Virus record (IMG/VR): IMGVR_UViG_3300021962_005968
Coordinates: 491 to 64,490 of that record
Strand: one strand, 5' to 3'
Origin: a virus
Taxonomy: Duplodnaviria > Caudoviricetes
DNA length: 64,000 nucleotides
The notes under the pieces are model-generated. The model was not told the DNA's origin and ran no database searches. It saw only the letters and a program-made list of their open reading frames with translations. The translations under genes were made by a program, and so were the position numbers. Positions 40,573 through 49,367 of the stretch are shown piece by piece (the first letter of the stretch is position 1; each line of letters opens with the position of its first letter).

Positions 40573-41444
40573 GTACTATTCTTCTAGGTTCAAGCGGGTT
40601 TCTAGGCCCACAAATATTAGAAAAATATCCTGATATTGTTTCTGTTGGTCGCACAAAACCCGCAACAGGCATGAAACACGTGGATTGCCCTACATTAGAA
40701 CATCTACCTGAAGTTCTAGACAAATTAGATTTTGATAAAGTGATTATGATGATTGGTAGTTCTAATCATACAGAATTAAATTGTCAGAATATGTTAGCGA
40801 TTGAAAAAAATGTAATTCCTTTGAAAAAGGTATTTGCATATTTCAAGAATAGACCAATTAAAAAGCTATTAAGTTTTAGTTCTATTCTTTTATATGATCG
40901 CAGTAAAATGACTTTGCCGGTTGACGAATCTCAACCATTAAGTACTTATCAGAATGAATACATTTTCAGTAAGTTCTTAGGCGAAGAAGTAGCAAAATTT
41001 TATTCTGATGTGCCCAACATCATTGTGAGATTAACAAACATTTACGGACCAACCACTGCATTGAATCGACCAGATTTGGTAAATCAATTAGTCGAAGGTT
41101 TAGTCATTCGTAAAAAAGCACGAGTATTAAATTTAAGACCACAGCGAGATTTTATTTATACTGCAGATGCTTCTGACGCAATTGTAAAATTATTGGATAC
41201 TGATTATACAGGTCCCGTTAATGTTGCAACGGGTCAAATGCACTCCGTGGGTGACGTTGTTAGAATTTTAGAAAAACTTTCTGGAATTAAAATTGAAATA
41301 GGTGACGGTCCAGCAACTGGACATATGCAATTTGTTTCGGACAACACATTGATTAAGAAATTAATTAACTGGGAACCGAAATACAATTTGGAAGAAGGTC
41401 TAACGGAGACCTATGAAAAAATGATGGCTATGTATGGGAAATAG
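40569..41444 (+). CDS. NAD-dependent epimerase/dehydratase
   Basis: Motifs LGSSGFLG, YIFSK, RLTNIYGP and RDFIY. Confidence 0.85.
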   Translation: MSTILLGSSGFLGPQILEKYPDIVSVGRTKPATGMKHVDCPTLEHLPEVLDKLDFDKVIMMIGSSNHTELNCQNMLAIEKNVIPLKKVFAYFKNRPIKKLLSFSSILLYDRSKMTLPVDESQPLSTYQNEYIFSKFLGEEVAKFYSDVPNIIVRLTNIYGPTTALNRPDLVNQLVEGLVIRKKARVLNLRPQRDFIYTADASDAIVKLLDTDYTGPVNVATGQMHSVGDVVRILEKLSGIKIEIGDGPATGHMQFVSDNTLIKKLINWEPKYNLEEGLTETYEKMMAMYGK

Positions 41445-41446
41445 TA

Positions 41447-41475
41447 TAGACTTATCCTTGCGTAGGTGTTATAAT
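41447..41475 (+). promoter_or_regulatory. Sigma70-like promoter for replication genes
   Basis: TAGACT-17 nt-(TGT)TATAAT. Confidence 0.7.
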
Positions 41476-41514
41476 ATATTTTTATGTAAATGATATTGCA
41501 ATTTAGGAGATATA

Positions 41515-42171
41515 ATGCAAATTAGTAATGAAACGATCCAACTCTTGAAGAATTTTGCTGCAGTTAACAGCAATATTCTAATTCGTAAAGGTAAGACTTT
41601 ATCTACAATCAGCACAGCAAAGAACATCTTTGCTAAGGCAACAGTAGCAGAAGACTTCCCAGTTGAGGTTGCTGTGTATGATTTGAATTCATTGTTGGCA
41701 TTGTTGACATTGATGGAAAATCAAGATGTTGAGTTTGGTGAGAAGTCATTGACTATCTCTAAGAACAATGGTAAGTTTGAGTACTTCTACTCTAACGCAA
41801 ACGTAATTGTTGCAGCACCAGACAAATCTATTGAGATTGATAATCACTTTCAATTCCAGTTGTCAGCAGAAGATGTTAACATGATTATGAAGGCAGCAAA
41901 TATTACAGCAGCGCCTACAATTTCAGTAACAGCTAAAGATGGAACAGTTGTATTGACTATCGGTGATAAGAAAAACGATACTGCAAATACTTATAAGAAA
42001 ACAATTGGTGCAAGTGACGAATCATTTGAATGCCATATGTCTGTAGACAATTTTAAAATTGTTCCTGATGCTTATACAGTAACAGTCTCTAAAAAGAAAT
42101 TGTTCCACTTCCAACATGCTACAAAGGCATTGGAATATTTTATCGCAATGGAACCCGATTCAGTAGTATGA
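41515..42171 (+). CDS. gp45: gp45 sliding clamp
   Basis: Motifs MQISNETIQLLKNFAAVN, YDLNSLL and YFIAMEPDS. Confidence 0.93.
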   Translation: MQISNETIQLLKNFAAVNSNILIRKGKTLSTISTAKNIFAKATVAEDFPVEVAVYDLNSLLALLTLMENQDVEFGEKSLTISKNNGKFEYFYSNANVIVAAPDKSIEIDNHFQFQLSAEDVNMIMKAANITAAPTISVTAKDGTVVLTIGDKKNDTANTYKKTIGASDESFECHMSVDNFKIVPDAYTVTVSKKKLFHFQHATKALEYFIAMEPDSVV

Positions 42172-42518
42172 ATCCCGTAAATCGTAGATCATTTGCTAAA
42201 GGCCTAGGTATTCTGGGCCTTGTGGGTGCAGGTGTTGCGGGCTATAAAGAAACCAAAGAGCGACTTATGCCCGCACCTGATGAATTAGCATCTAAAGAAG
42301 TTGTTGCCGTATTAGAAGATCAAATTGCAACTCTCGCACTTAACGCAACATACGGTGAAAAGTTGCCACCTACATACACCCCCTACGGTCAATTTTATGT
42401 TACGGGCATAGGCCCTAATTATAAACCGGGAACTGAAAAACAAGTGCAAGCTAGAATGCAGGTTGGACCTGACGGAAAGCTATACGTTAAAGAGAATGAC
42501 ATTTGGCGTAAAATTTAA
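42168..42518 (+). CDS. Hypothetical protein with twin-arginine signal/anchor
   Basis: NRRSFAKGLGILGLVGAGVAG. Confidence 0.6.
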   Translation: MNPVNRRSFAKGLGILGLVGAGVAGYKETKERLMPAPDELASKEVVAVLEDQIATLALNATYGEKLPPTYTPYGQFYVTGIGPNYKPGTEKQVQARMQVGPDGKLYVKENDIWRKI

Positions 42519-42533
42519 TATTATGGAGTTATT

Positions 42534-43475
42534 ATGGATATTCGTGAACAAGAGTTTTTGTGGGTTGAGAAGTATCGCCCACGCACATTAGCCGATTGTA
42601 TTCTTCCTGCAGATCAAAAGAAGATCTTTCAGGAAATGCTCTCTAAAGGAGAGATTCAAAATATGCTATTGTGCGGTGGCGCAGGCATGGGCAAGACCAC
42701 AATTGCTCGAGCATTATGTGAAGAATTACAAACAGACTATATCATCATTAACGGTTCAGAAGAATCTGGTATTGATGTTCTTCGTACAAAGATTAAACAG
42801 TTTGCTTCTACTGTTTCATTCAGCGGTAAGCCAAAAGTTGTTATTCTAGACGAAGCTGATTATTTGAATCCCAATTCTACTCAACCTGCTCTTAGAGCAT
42901 TTATGGAAGAGTTCTCATCGAATTGCAGATTTATCTTTACTTGTAACTTTAAGAATCGTATCATCCCTCCGCTTCATTCTAGAACTGCAGTGGTTGAATT
43001 TAAGTTGCCTAAGTCTGAGAAGCCAAGAATCGCAGCTGCATTCTTTAAGCGTGTACTTGAAATTCTTAAGCATGAGGGTGTTCAAGCAGACGATAAAGTT
43101 ATTGCAAAAGTAATTGAAAAGCATTTCCCCGATTATCGTCGTATTCTAAATGAATTACAGCGTTATAGTTCTTCGGGCAATATTGATGAAGGTATCCTTG
43201 TCAATATGGGTGAGATCAATATGCAAGAACTTACAGCTGCTCTTAAAGATAAAGACTGGAAGAAGATGCGCACATGGGTTGTTAATAATATTGACAATGA
43301 CCCGCAGACGTTATTTAGAAAATTCTATGATACATTGAGTGATAACGTAGTACAGGTTCCTCAGCTTGTTTTATTACTTGCAGACTATCAGTATAAATCA
43401 GCATTTTGTGCAGACCAAGAAATTAATCTTGTTGCGTGTTTAACAGAAATTATGGCAGCGGTAGAGTTCAAATGA
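42534..43475 (+). CDS. gp44: gp44 clamp loader large subunit
   Basis: Motifs LWVEKYRP, GGAGMGKTT, ILDEAD and LHSR. Confidence 0.96.
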   Translation: MDIREQEFLWVEKYRPRTLADCILPADQKKIFQEMLSKGEIQNMLLCGGAGMGKTTIARALCEELQTDYIIINGSEESGIDVLRTKIKQFASTVSFSGKPKVVILDEADYLNPNSTQPALRAFMEEFSSNCRFIFTCNFKNRIIPPLHSRTAVVEFKLPKSEKPRIAAAFFKRVLEILKHEGVQADDKVIAKVIEKHFPDYRRILNELQRYSSSGNIDEGILVNMGEINMQELTAALKDKDWKKMRTWVVNNIDNDPQTLFRKFYDTLSDNVVQVPQLVLLLADYQYKSAFCADQEINLVACLTEIMAAVEFK

Positions 43476-43759
43476 TTGAACTATTAAAACCTACATTTGA
43501 TTGGATTAAAGATGACTATACTAGCAATCGCTTTCGTTTTATCATTGAGTTTATTGCTTGGGGTATTTCTATTGGCTGTTCAATTACCATGGCTCTCACA
43601 GTCCCCAATCCGCCCTTACTTACTCTTTATCCTATTTGGATCATCGGCTGTGGTCTCTATGCTTGGGCTGCTTGGACTAGGAAATCTTTTGGGATGCTGG
43701 CTAACTACATGCTATTGGTAACGATTGATTCAGTTGGACTAATTAGGATGCTAGCATGA
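43472..43759 (+). CDS. Small multi-pass membrane protein
   Basis: Three hydrophobic segments. ATGA overlap with gp44. Confidence 0.65.
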   Translation: MIELLKPTFDWIKDDYTSNRFRFIIEFIAWGISIGCSITMALTVPNPPLLTLYPIWIIGCGLYAWAAWTRKSFGMLANYMLLVTIDSVGLIRMLA

Positions 43760-44196
43760 GTTTATTTGGAACCCCTGTAGAAAGACCAGCAGAAGTTCCA
43801 TATAAGGCTCCTGCGATTTCACCCTTCGACTTCATTAATGCTATACATTATAGCAAAGATAACCTCATCGTAGATGATTGGTCGGAGAAACAGTATAACC
43901 CGTTTATCATTAATAAAGGACTATCTTACGGACACGACACAGTAATCCCTGCGAATGAGATGAATTCCCGCCCGCATCTTGAGAAAAAGATGCAGTTTTC
44001 GTTTCTTATAAATACAATTAGGCCCCGTAAAAGATTCAACAAATGGATCAAAGCGGACAAACTTGAATCGATCGAAGTAATTAAAGAATACTATGGATAT
44101 AGCACAGAAAAAGCCCGCCAAGTACTCCCTCTTCTCGACGACTCAAAATTAGATTATTTAAGAACAAAACTAATAAAAGGTGGTCGTAATGGCTGA
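43756..44196 (+). CDS. gp62: gp62 clamp loader small subunit
   Basis: Motifs PFDFINAI, YNPFIINKGLS, ANEMN and IKEYYGYS. Confidence 0.92.
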   Translation: MSLFGTPVERPAEVPYKAPAISPFDFINAIHYSKDNLIVDDWSEKQYNPFIINKGLSYGHDTVIPANEMNSRPHLEKKMQFSFLINTIRPRKRFNKWIKADKLESIEVIKEYYGYSTEKARQVLPLLDDSKLDYLRTKLIKGGRNG

Positions 44197-44620
44197 AGAT
44201 ATTTTTCACATTGATTATCCTGGGTACACTCCGCTAGAAGTAACCTTGGTACAACCTGACGATTTTTTGAAGGTCAGGGAAACTCTTACACGTATCGGTG
44301 TAGCATCTAGAAAAGATAAAGTACTATATCAATCTTGTCATATCCTACATAAACAAGGTAGATATTTTATTGTACATTTTAAAGAATTATTTGCGTTAGA
44401 TGGCAAGTCTGCAGATCTAACAGAAAACGATTTACAAAGACGTAACACAATTGCTAAACTGCTAATAGATTGGGGTTTAGTACAAATTATAAATCCGGAG
44501 AAATTTACTGATTTGGCGCCATTATCGCAGATCAAAGTAATCGCATTCAAAGATAAAAACGAATGGTCTCTGCAAACAAAATATAATATTGGTAAGAAAA
44601 AACAAACTACAGATCAATAA
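44189..44620 (+). CDS. regA: RegA translational repressor
   Basis: DDFLKVRETLTRIGVAS and QSCHILHKQGRYFIVHFKELFALDG. Confidence 0.97.
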   Translation: MAEDIFHIDYPGYTPLEVTLVQPDDFLKVRETLTRIGVASRKDKVLYQSCHILHKQGRYFIVHFKELFALDGKSADLTENDLQRRNTIAKLLIDWGLVQIINPEKFTDLAPLSQIKVIAFKDKNEWSLQTKYNIGKKKQTTDQ

Positions 44621-44624
44621 TCTG

Positions 44625-44632
44625 TATAAATA
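44625..44632 (+). promoter_or_regulatory. T4-type late promoter
   Basis: TATAAATA preceding a structured leader. Confidence 0.75.
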
Positions 44633-44637
44633 ATTAT

Positions 44638-44820
44638 ATCCCCGGGATGGGAAACGCAGCAATCGGTGTGGGCTGTATAAACCAGAAGCCGAACTAATTT
44701 AAGTCCCACTACCTTGGGAACGTCTAAAGCTGGTACAACGTATGGTACCCCTGTAGTCAGTAAGCAGGATCACGCTATGCCTTCGGGGTAGCAAAATTAT
44801 AAACTCGCTTAATAGGAGAA
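44638..44820 (+). ncRNA. Putative structured RNA / 5' leader
   Basis: GC-enriched non-coding stretch with several hairpins: CCCGGG.TGGGA/TCCCA..CTTGGG, GGTAC/GTACC, CCTG/CAGG and GCTATGCC-TTCG-GGGTAGC. Confidence 0.5.
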
Positions 44821-44824
44821 CTAT

Positions 44825-45049
44825 ATGTTTTACTCAAACATGGCTATCGATTCAATTCAAAACGCCAAAATCAACTTCCTTAAACAAACAGTTAAGGATT
44901 CTACTCTTCAAAAACCCCTAGTCGATTTTGTTGAAGCACAACGTGTTTTTACAAAACAGATTTTCAAATCTGCGTCTGATGTAATGAATATTGCTTCAGA
45001 AACAGTTGCAAATACAATTAGCGGTATTACAAGTAAAAAAGGAGAGTAA
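44825..45049 (+). CDS. Small amphipathic helical protein, phasin-like
   Basis: AGGAG RBS. IDSIQNAK...FVEAQRVFTKQ amphipathic pattern. Family call is from memory only. Confidence 0.5.
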   Translation: MFYSNMAIDSIQNAKINFLKQTVKDSTLQKPLVDFVEAQRVFTKQIFKSASDVMNIASETVANTISGITSKKGE

Positions 45050-45050
45050 T

Positions 45051-45572
45051 ATGACATTTGTTAAAGATGTTTTTGGTCGTGATTTATTCAAAGACTTTGA
45101 TAAACTATATGTTGGCTTTGACGATCAATTTAATAAGATGGCAAAAATTCATGATGATCTAACAAAGAGCATTCCAAACTACCCACCTTATAATATTAAG
45201 AAAACTGGCGATAACACTTATGTTATCGAAGTAGCGGTTGCTGGCTTTGCAAGACAAGATATTGAAATTGAACTTGATAATGGCAAAATGATTATTAAGG
45301 GTAACGTACATAATACAGAAGCAGAAGAAAACTTCTTATTTAAAGGTATTGCTAATAGAGCATTTACCCGTACATTTGCACTTGAAGATCAAATTGAAGT
45401 TAAAGATGCTGAAATGTTCAATGGCATGCTTAAAGTATGTTTAGAAAGAATTATTCCAGAACATAAAAAGCCTAAGAAAATTGAAGTTAAAGATGCTGAA
45501 GCAAGCGTAAAGCCTGCAAAGAAATCTAAACCGCAATTACTTATGGAAGATCCAGTCGGAAGAGATCTTTAA
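45051..45572 (+). CDS. Small heat shock protein Hsp20 (IbpA-like)
   Basis: Motifs NYPPYNI, EVAVAGF, KGIANRAFTRTF and NGMLKV. Confidence 0.95.
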   Translation: MTFVKDVFGRDLFKDFDKLYVGFDDQFNKMAKIHDDLTKSIPNYPPYNIKKTGDNTYVIEVAVAGFARQDIEIELDNGKMIIKGNVHNTEAEENFLFKGIANRAFTRTFALEDQIEVKDAEMFNGMLKVCLERIIPEHKKPKKIEVKDAEASVKPAKKSKPQLLMEDPVGRDL

Positions 45573-45758
45573 ATGAATAATGATTTGAAAGCATTTGGAG
45601 GAGTCCATGTTCCTTCAATAAAAGACTTTTGGAAATGGGTTGAAAAAGCATTCACTCCATCATATCAAAAAGAAATTGATATGTATTTGAAAGATTCTGT
45701 AGATCATAAAGATTTGCAGGCCAGAATGGATGTATTAATGCGGAGAGGCCTATTATGA
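45573..45758 (+). CDS. Small protein, DUF3563-like
   Basis: EIDMYLKDSVDHKDLQARM motif. Confidence 0.5.
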   Translation: MNNDLKAFGGVHVPSIKDFWKWVEKAFTPSYQKEIDMYLKDSVDHKDLQARMDVLMRRGLL

Positions 45759-45847
45759 AATTCATTAAAGCCTTTATAGCATTAGTTCATGAAGTTCGAC
45801 AACGATTAGCCACACGTAGGGGTAAATATCCTAATACGGGCTCTTAA
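45755..45847 (+). CDS. Possible 30-aa peptide
   Basis: ATGA overlap with the upstream stop. Ends just before the terminator. Confidence 0.35.
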   Translation: MKFIKAFIALVHEVRQRLATRRGKYPNTGS

Positions 45848-45851
45848 AAAT

Positions 45852-45877
45852 ACTGGGGATTAAAAATCCCCAGTTGT
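45852..45877 (+). terminator. Hairpin terminator after the hsp20 operon
   Basis: ACTGGGGATT-AAA-AATCCCCAGT perfect 10-bp stem. Confidence 0.65.
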
Positions 45878-45955
45878 CCATTATACATATAAGTATAGCA
45901 ATTAAATGCTAATTATAATATAATGTGACATAGCTTATAAATTTGCGGAGATAAT

Positions 45956-46273
45956 ATGACTACTAAAATTTTAAAATTAAAAACAGGTGAAGAACTTGTT
46001 GCTGATATTACATTCAAAGGCCAGGTATATACATTGGTAAAACCATTTATGTTACAAATGGCGCGTGATCCTTCGGGGCAGAAACAGGAATTGCAACTAG
46101 CATTATTCCCATATGCACCATATACAAAAGATCACATAATTCATGTTTCTAAAGAAAACGTAATTTGGTTTGAAGATTTGCCTGAGTCTATGATTCGAGA
46201 CTACAATACTGCATTAGTTAATCTTGCAGTTACATTGAAAAAACACGAAGACTCTGATATTACTGACGTATGA
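45956..46273 (+). CDS. Conserved phage hypothetical protein (Sm-like fold candidate)
   Basis: KILKLKTGEELVA. GGAG RBS. Confidence 0.65.
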   Translation: MTTKILKLKTGEELVADITFKGQVYTLVKPFMLQMARDPSGQKQELQLALFPYAPYTKDHIIHVSKENVIWFEDLPESMIRDYNTALVNLAVTLKKHEDSDITDV

Positions 46274-46560
46274 AAAAACAGTTGAATGGCCCGGTAATTT
46301 ATATTGATCCTAAAACAGGTCAACCGGTTTGCGATTCTGAAAAATGTAAAAAGAAGTTTACTATTGGTAAATATTCTATTAAAGAGACAAATTACAAATG
46401 GTCTGGCGGACCGGTTGTACATAAATTCTTTTATTCATTATGTGAAGAATGTGGAAGAAGCAACTCTACTAGTAAAGATAAAGGCTTAACTGGACAGAGT
46501 TTTAGACGTGGTACTATGAACGCAGGTGTTGATCCTGAAATTAAGGAAACAGAATTATGA
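46270..46560 (+). CDS. Hypothetical zinc-ribbon protein
   Basis: CDSEKC...CEECG. Confidence 0.5.
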   Translation: MKKQLNGPVIYIDPKTGQPVCDSEKCKKKFTIGKYSIKETNYKWSGGPVVHKFFYSLCEECGRSNSTSKDKGLTGQSFRRGTMNAGVDPEIKETEL

Positions 46561-46679
46561 GCGCTAAAAAAGTTACAAATTTTAAAAAACGGACTTGCCA
46601 AGGTGGCAAGGCAAAAACATCGTCGATGAATAAAACACAGAAACGATCATATAAGGCTTATCGAGGGCAAGGTAAATAA
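46557..46679 (+). CDS. Small basic protein (40 aa, not in ORF track)
   Basis: MSAKKVTNFKKRTCQGGKAKTSSMNKTQKRSYKAYRGQGK. A YRGQG ending is typical of T4-like phage peptides. Confidence 0.65.
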   Translation: MSAKKVTNFKKRTCQGGKAKTSSMNKTQKRSYKAYRGQGK

Positions 46680-46684
46680 AAGAC

Positions 46685-46692
46685 TATAAATA
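46685..46692 (+). promoter_or_regulatory. T4-type late promoter for tRNA-Met and downstream genes
   Basis: TATAAATA ending 10 nt before the tRNA. Confidence 0.75.
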
Positions 46693-46701
46693 AATTATTG
46701 C

Positions 46702-46775
46702 CGCGGATTGGTGAAATGGTATCACAAAGGACTCATAATCCTTAGTTCCTAGTTCAACTCTGGGGTCCGCATCCA
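46702..46775 (+). tRNA. tRNA-Met (CAT), initiator-like acceptor stem
   Basis: Cloverleaf with anticodon arm AAGGA-CTCATAA-TCCTT, C1:A72 mismatch and encoded CCA. Confidence 0.88.
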
Positions 46776-46777
46776 TT

Positions 46778-47080
46778 ATGAAAAAACTTATATTATCACT
46801 GCTATTAGCTGTATCTACAATTGCTTGTAGTAAAGAAACAAACAAACCTGTTATCTGTTTAGATGCAAAGGAAATGTTTGACGCAATTTTTGAGGAATAT
46901 CGCGAGACAATACTTATGGTATTTGATCAAGATTCATTCTCCACAAAAATTGTTTTAACAGTTAATCCTGCAACAAAGACATGGTCAATAGTCGAATATA
47001 ATACTGAGATAGCTTGTTTGCTAGGTTCAGGAAACAATTATAAGATAATGGGTCGTGTACCAAGTAAAGATTACTTATGA
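46778..47080 (+). CDS. Putative lipoprotein/secreted protein
   Basis: MKKLILSLLLAVSTIAC signal peptide with a lipobox-like Cys. Confidence 0.6.
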   Translation: MKKLILSLLLAVSTIACSKETNKPVICLDAKEMFDAIFEEYRETILMVFDQDSFSTKIVLTVNPATKTWSIVEYNTEIACLLGSGNNYKIMGRVPSKDYL

Positions 47081-47787
47081 AGTCTATATTATTATTGGCA
47101 TTACTTATAACGGGTAATGCCTTTTCCATGAAAGTAACAGCGCATTCCTGGCTTGTTACTGATGGGAACGGAAAAATTATTGAAGGGCAAAGTATTGATG
47201 AATCTCGTTCAATTGCCAGTATCACAAAACTTATGACTGCAATGGTTATAATTGATGCCGGTCAAGACCCAAAACAAATGCTCGGCAAATTTACAAGAGA
47301 ACAACACATAAAGTTATCACTTGTAAACTCGAGTAATGAATCTTCAATTATACTATGTGACAACTACCCTGGCGGTAAATCTAATTGTATACGAGATATG
47401 AATTTAAAAGCTATGGCAATTAATATGCCCAATACTAAATTTGTAGAGGCGTCTGGATTGAGTCCAATGAACATTAGTACAGCTAGAGATTTATTGGAAC
47501 TAACTCTTTCTGCAAGGTATTATCCTGAGATTGTTGAGGCAAGTAAAACACCGCAAGTAAAAATTCAGATTAAAAAGAGATGGTTCTTTTTTAATAATAC
47601 TAATCCTATTATTGGAAAGAGACACGATTTTATTGTGAGTAAAACTGGAACAACAAATGCTGCGGGTGGTTGCATCGTTATGATGCTTGATACCGATATC
47701 GGCAGACGAATCGTTGTTGTTCTTGGTAGTAGAAATGGAAAGACTAGAATACCCGAAGCGGAATTTATCGCACTCCGGGAATACTAA
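47077..47787 (+). CDS. Peptidase S11 D-Ala-D-Ala carboxy/endopeptidase (PBP7-like)
   Basis: Signal peptide, SITK (SxxK), SSN (SxN) and KTG. Confidence 0.9.
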   Translation: MKSILLLALLITGNAFSMKVTAHSWLVTDGNGKIIEGQSIDESRSIASITKLMTAMVIIDAGQDPKQMLGKFTREQHIKLSLVNSSNESSIILCDNYPGGKSNCIRDMNLKAMAINMPNTKFVEASGLSPMNISTARDLLELTLSARYYPEIVEASKTPQVKIQIKKRWFFFNNTNPIIGKRHDFIVSKTGTTNAAGGCIVMMLDTDIGRRIVVVLGSRNGKTRIPEAEFIALREY

Positions 47788-48336
47788 TTAGAGAACAATA
47801 GGTAACCAAAGCCATATACCCTGACTCATTAACAACGCGGATAATGCGCCAACAGCAATACTTGCAATATATAATGCAGGTGCAACAGCTAATATACTAG
47901 CTGACAATAACACAATCGCAATTTGAAATCCAGAACCGGCAAATGTCATCCATGGACCTGACTTGCGTATCTCATCGCGCTCAGCTTCCAATGCTCGTGC
48001 TTTAGCCATAAGTTCTTTTTTGCCTTCCCCTGTTGCAGGCTCAGATTCGTATCTATTAATTTTCGCAGTTAACTTGTCTGCCTTCTCAAATTGTTTTCTT
48101 TCAATTGCATCATCTCTTGCCATTTCAGCAAGAGTCTGTTTAATAGATTTTGCTTGAAAGAATGCCCAAGTATCATTAGCTTTAATTGTATTGTTTAATA
48201 CTTTAGAACTATTGCCTGACGCAATATAAGTATTAATTGCTAAAAGAGCAGCAAGCACAGTAATTAACCAACCTGCTTTGTCTTTAATCTGTGCTTCTCT
48301 TTCGCTTCTGCTAAGAGGTTTCTTTTCTTCTGTCAT
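47788..48336 (-). CDS. Membrane protein, DUF4337-like
   Basis: TM segment, ANDTWAFFQAKSIKQ, coiled coil, then two C-terminal TMs. Confidence 0.7.
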   Translation of the reverse strand: MTEEKKPLSRSEREAQIKDKAGWLITVLAALLAINTYIASGNSSKVLNNTIKANDTWAFFQAKSIKQTLAEMARDDAIERKQFEKADKLTAKINRYESEPATGEGKKELMAKARALEAERDEIRKSGPWMTFAGSGFQIAIVLLSASILAVAPALYIASIAVGALSALLMSQGIWLWLPIVL

Positions 48337-48337
48337 T

Positions 48338-48607
48338 TTACTTTCCTTTTTGTTTCAATTCTAAAACTTCTTTACGAAGGTACTCAAAATCCTTTTTCAA
48401 CAGTTCGAGATCCGCTGTATTTCTTCCAGGTTGCTTTATGTAGGAAGAAAATCTTTCGTCTGATAACATTAACGAATGTTCTAAGTCTGTAATTCTAGCC
48501 TGTGTAGTAAACACATACCAGCTGGCTATAACAATAGCACTCACTACCGAAAGCAAAGTTTTTAATGGAACAGTTACTTCTGTCTTTTCATCTATTTGTA
48601 CAGCCAT
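48338..48607 (-). CDS. Hypothetical single-TM coiled-coil protein
   Basis: Hydrophobic segment followed by a coiled coil. Confidence 0.6.
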   Translation of the reverse strand: MAVQIDEKTEVTVPLKTLLSVVSAIVIASWYVFTTQARITDLEHSLMLSDERFSSYIKQPGRNTADLELLKKDFEYLRKEVLELKQKGK

Positions 48608-49333
48608 TTAGTTGTTCTTTGACTTCTCTAATTTAGCAATGTAATTAGCCATTAAGTGATCGAATACTCCGATAAACTTTTGTCCCTTTGCTCTTGCTCT
48701 TAACCTACTTCGAACCATATCTTTTATACGTTGCCACGGTGTCAAATCTCTAAACTCACCATAGAAATTCATATACTTATGAGTCCCGTGATGTCTAAAT
48801 CCCATAAGTCTAAAAGGAACCTTAGTTACATCATCGCAGTTGTTTTGCACTCTATAATGAGTAACATTTAAACTGCTTACAAACTCTTGATTTCCTACTC
48901 TAGGAGAACCAAACGTTATTAATGCTGCAACTTTTGATTGCATTCTACTAGCAGCAATAGTTGCCATTGCCGCTCCTAGGCTATGGCCTGTTACATACAA
49001 CGTATCAATATTCGCAATTGCTTTTTCTATCGCAGGCCAAACTTTATTAATCTCGCCTTTAAATCCTACGTGTACCTTACCACCGCATGCTTCGATATTT
49101 TTGCCTGACTTTAGATCGGCCAGTATATCTGACTTCTGTGTTACTTCAGTGCCTCTAAAACTTAAAACGTGTATGCCGTTCATGTCTTTTAGCAAATATG
49201 CTTGAGCACCCTCAATATCAAAAAATTCAACAATATTAAATCCAAAAGATTTAAATTTGTTTTTGGAATCTTTCGGATTATCGTATGTGATTGCAGATAT
49301 GTTAGCAAACATTATTAGTTGATTTAGTTCCAT
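48608..49333 (-). CDS. Class 3 lipase (alpha/beta hydrolase)
   Basis: Motifs SFRGTE, VHVGF, TGHSLGAA, TFGSPRVG and DH. Confidence 0.92.
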   Translation of the reverse strand: MELNQLIMFANISAITYDNPKDSKNKFKSFGFNIVEFFDIEGAQAYLLKDMNGIHVLSFRGTEVTQKSDILADLKSGKNIEACGGKVHVGFKGEINKVWPAIEKAIANIDTLYVTGHSLGAAMATIAASRMQSKVAALITFGSPRVGNQEFVSSLNVTHYRVQNNCDDVTKVPFRLMGFRHHGTHKYMNFYGEFRDLTPWQRIKDMVRSRLRARAKGQKFIGVFDHLMANYIAKLEKSKNN

Positions 49334-49367
49334 GATTTTATCCTATGTTTAATTTTAATATTTATTA

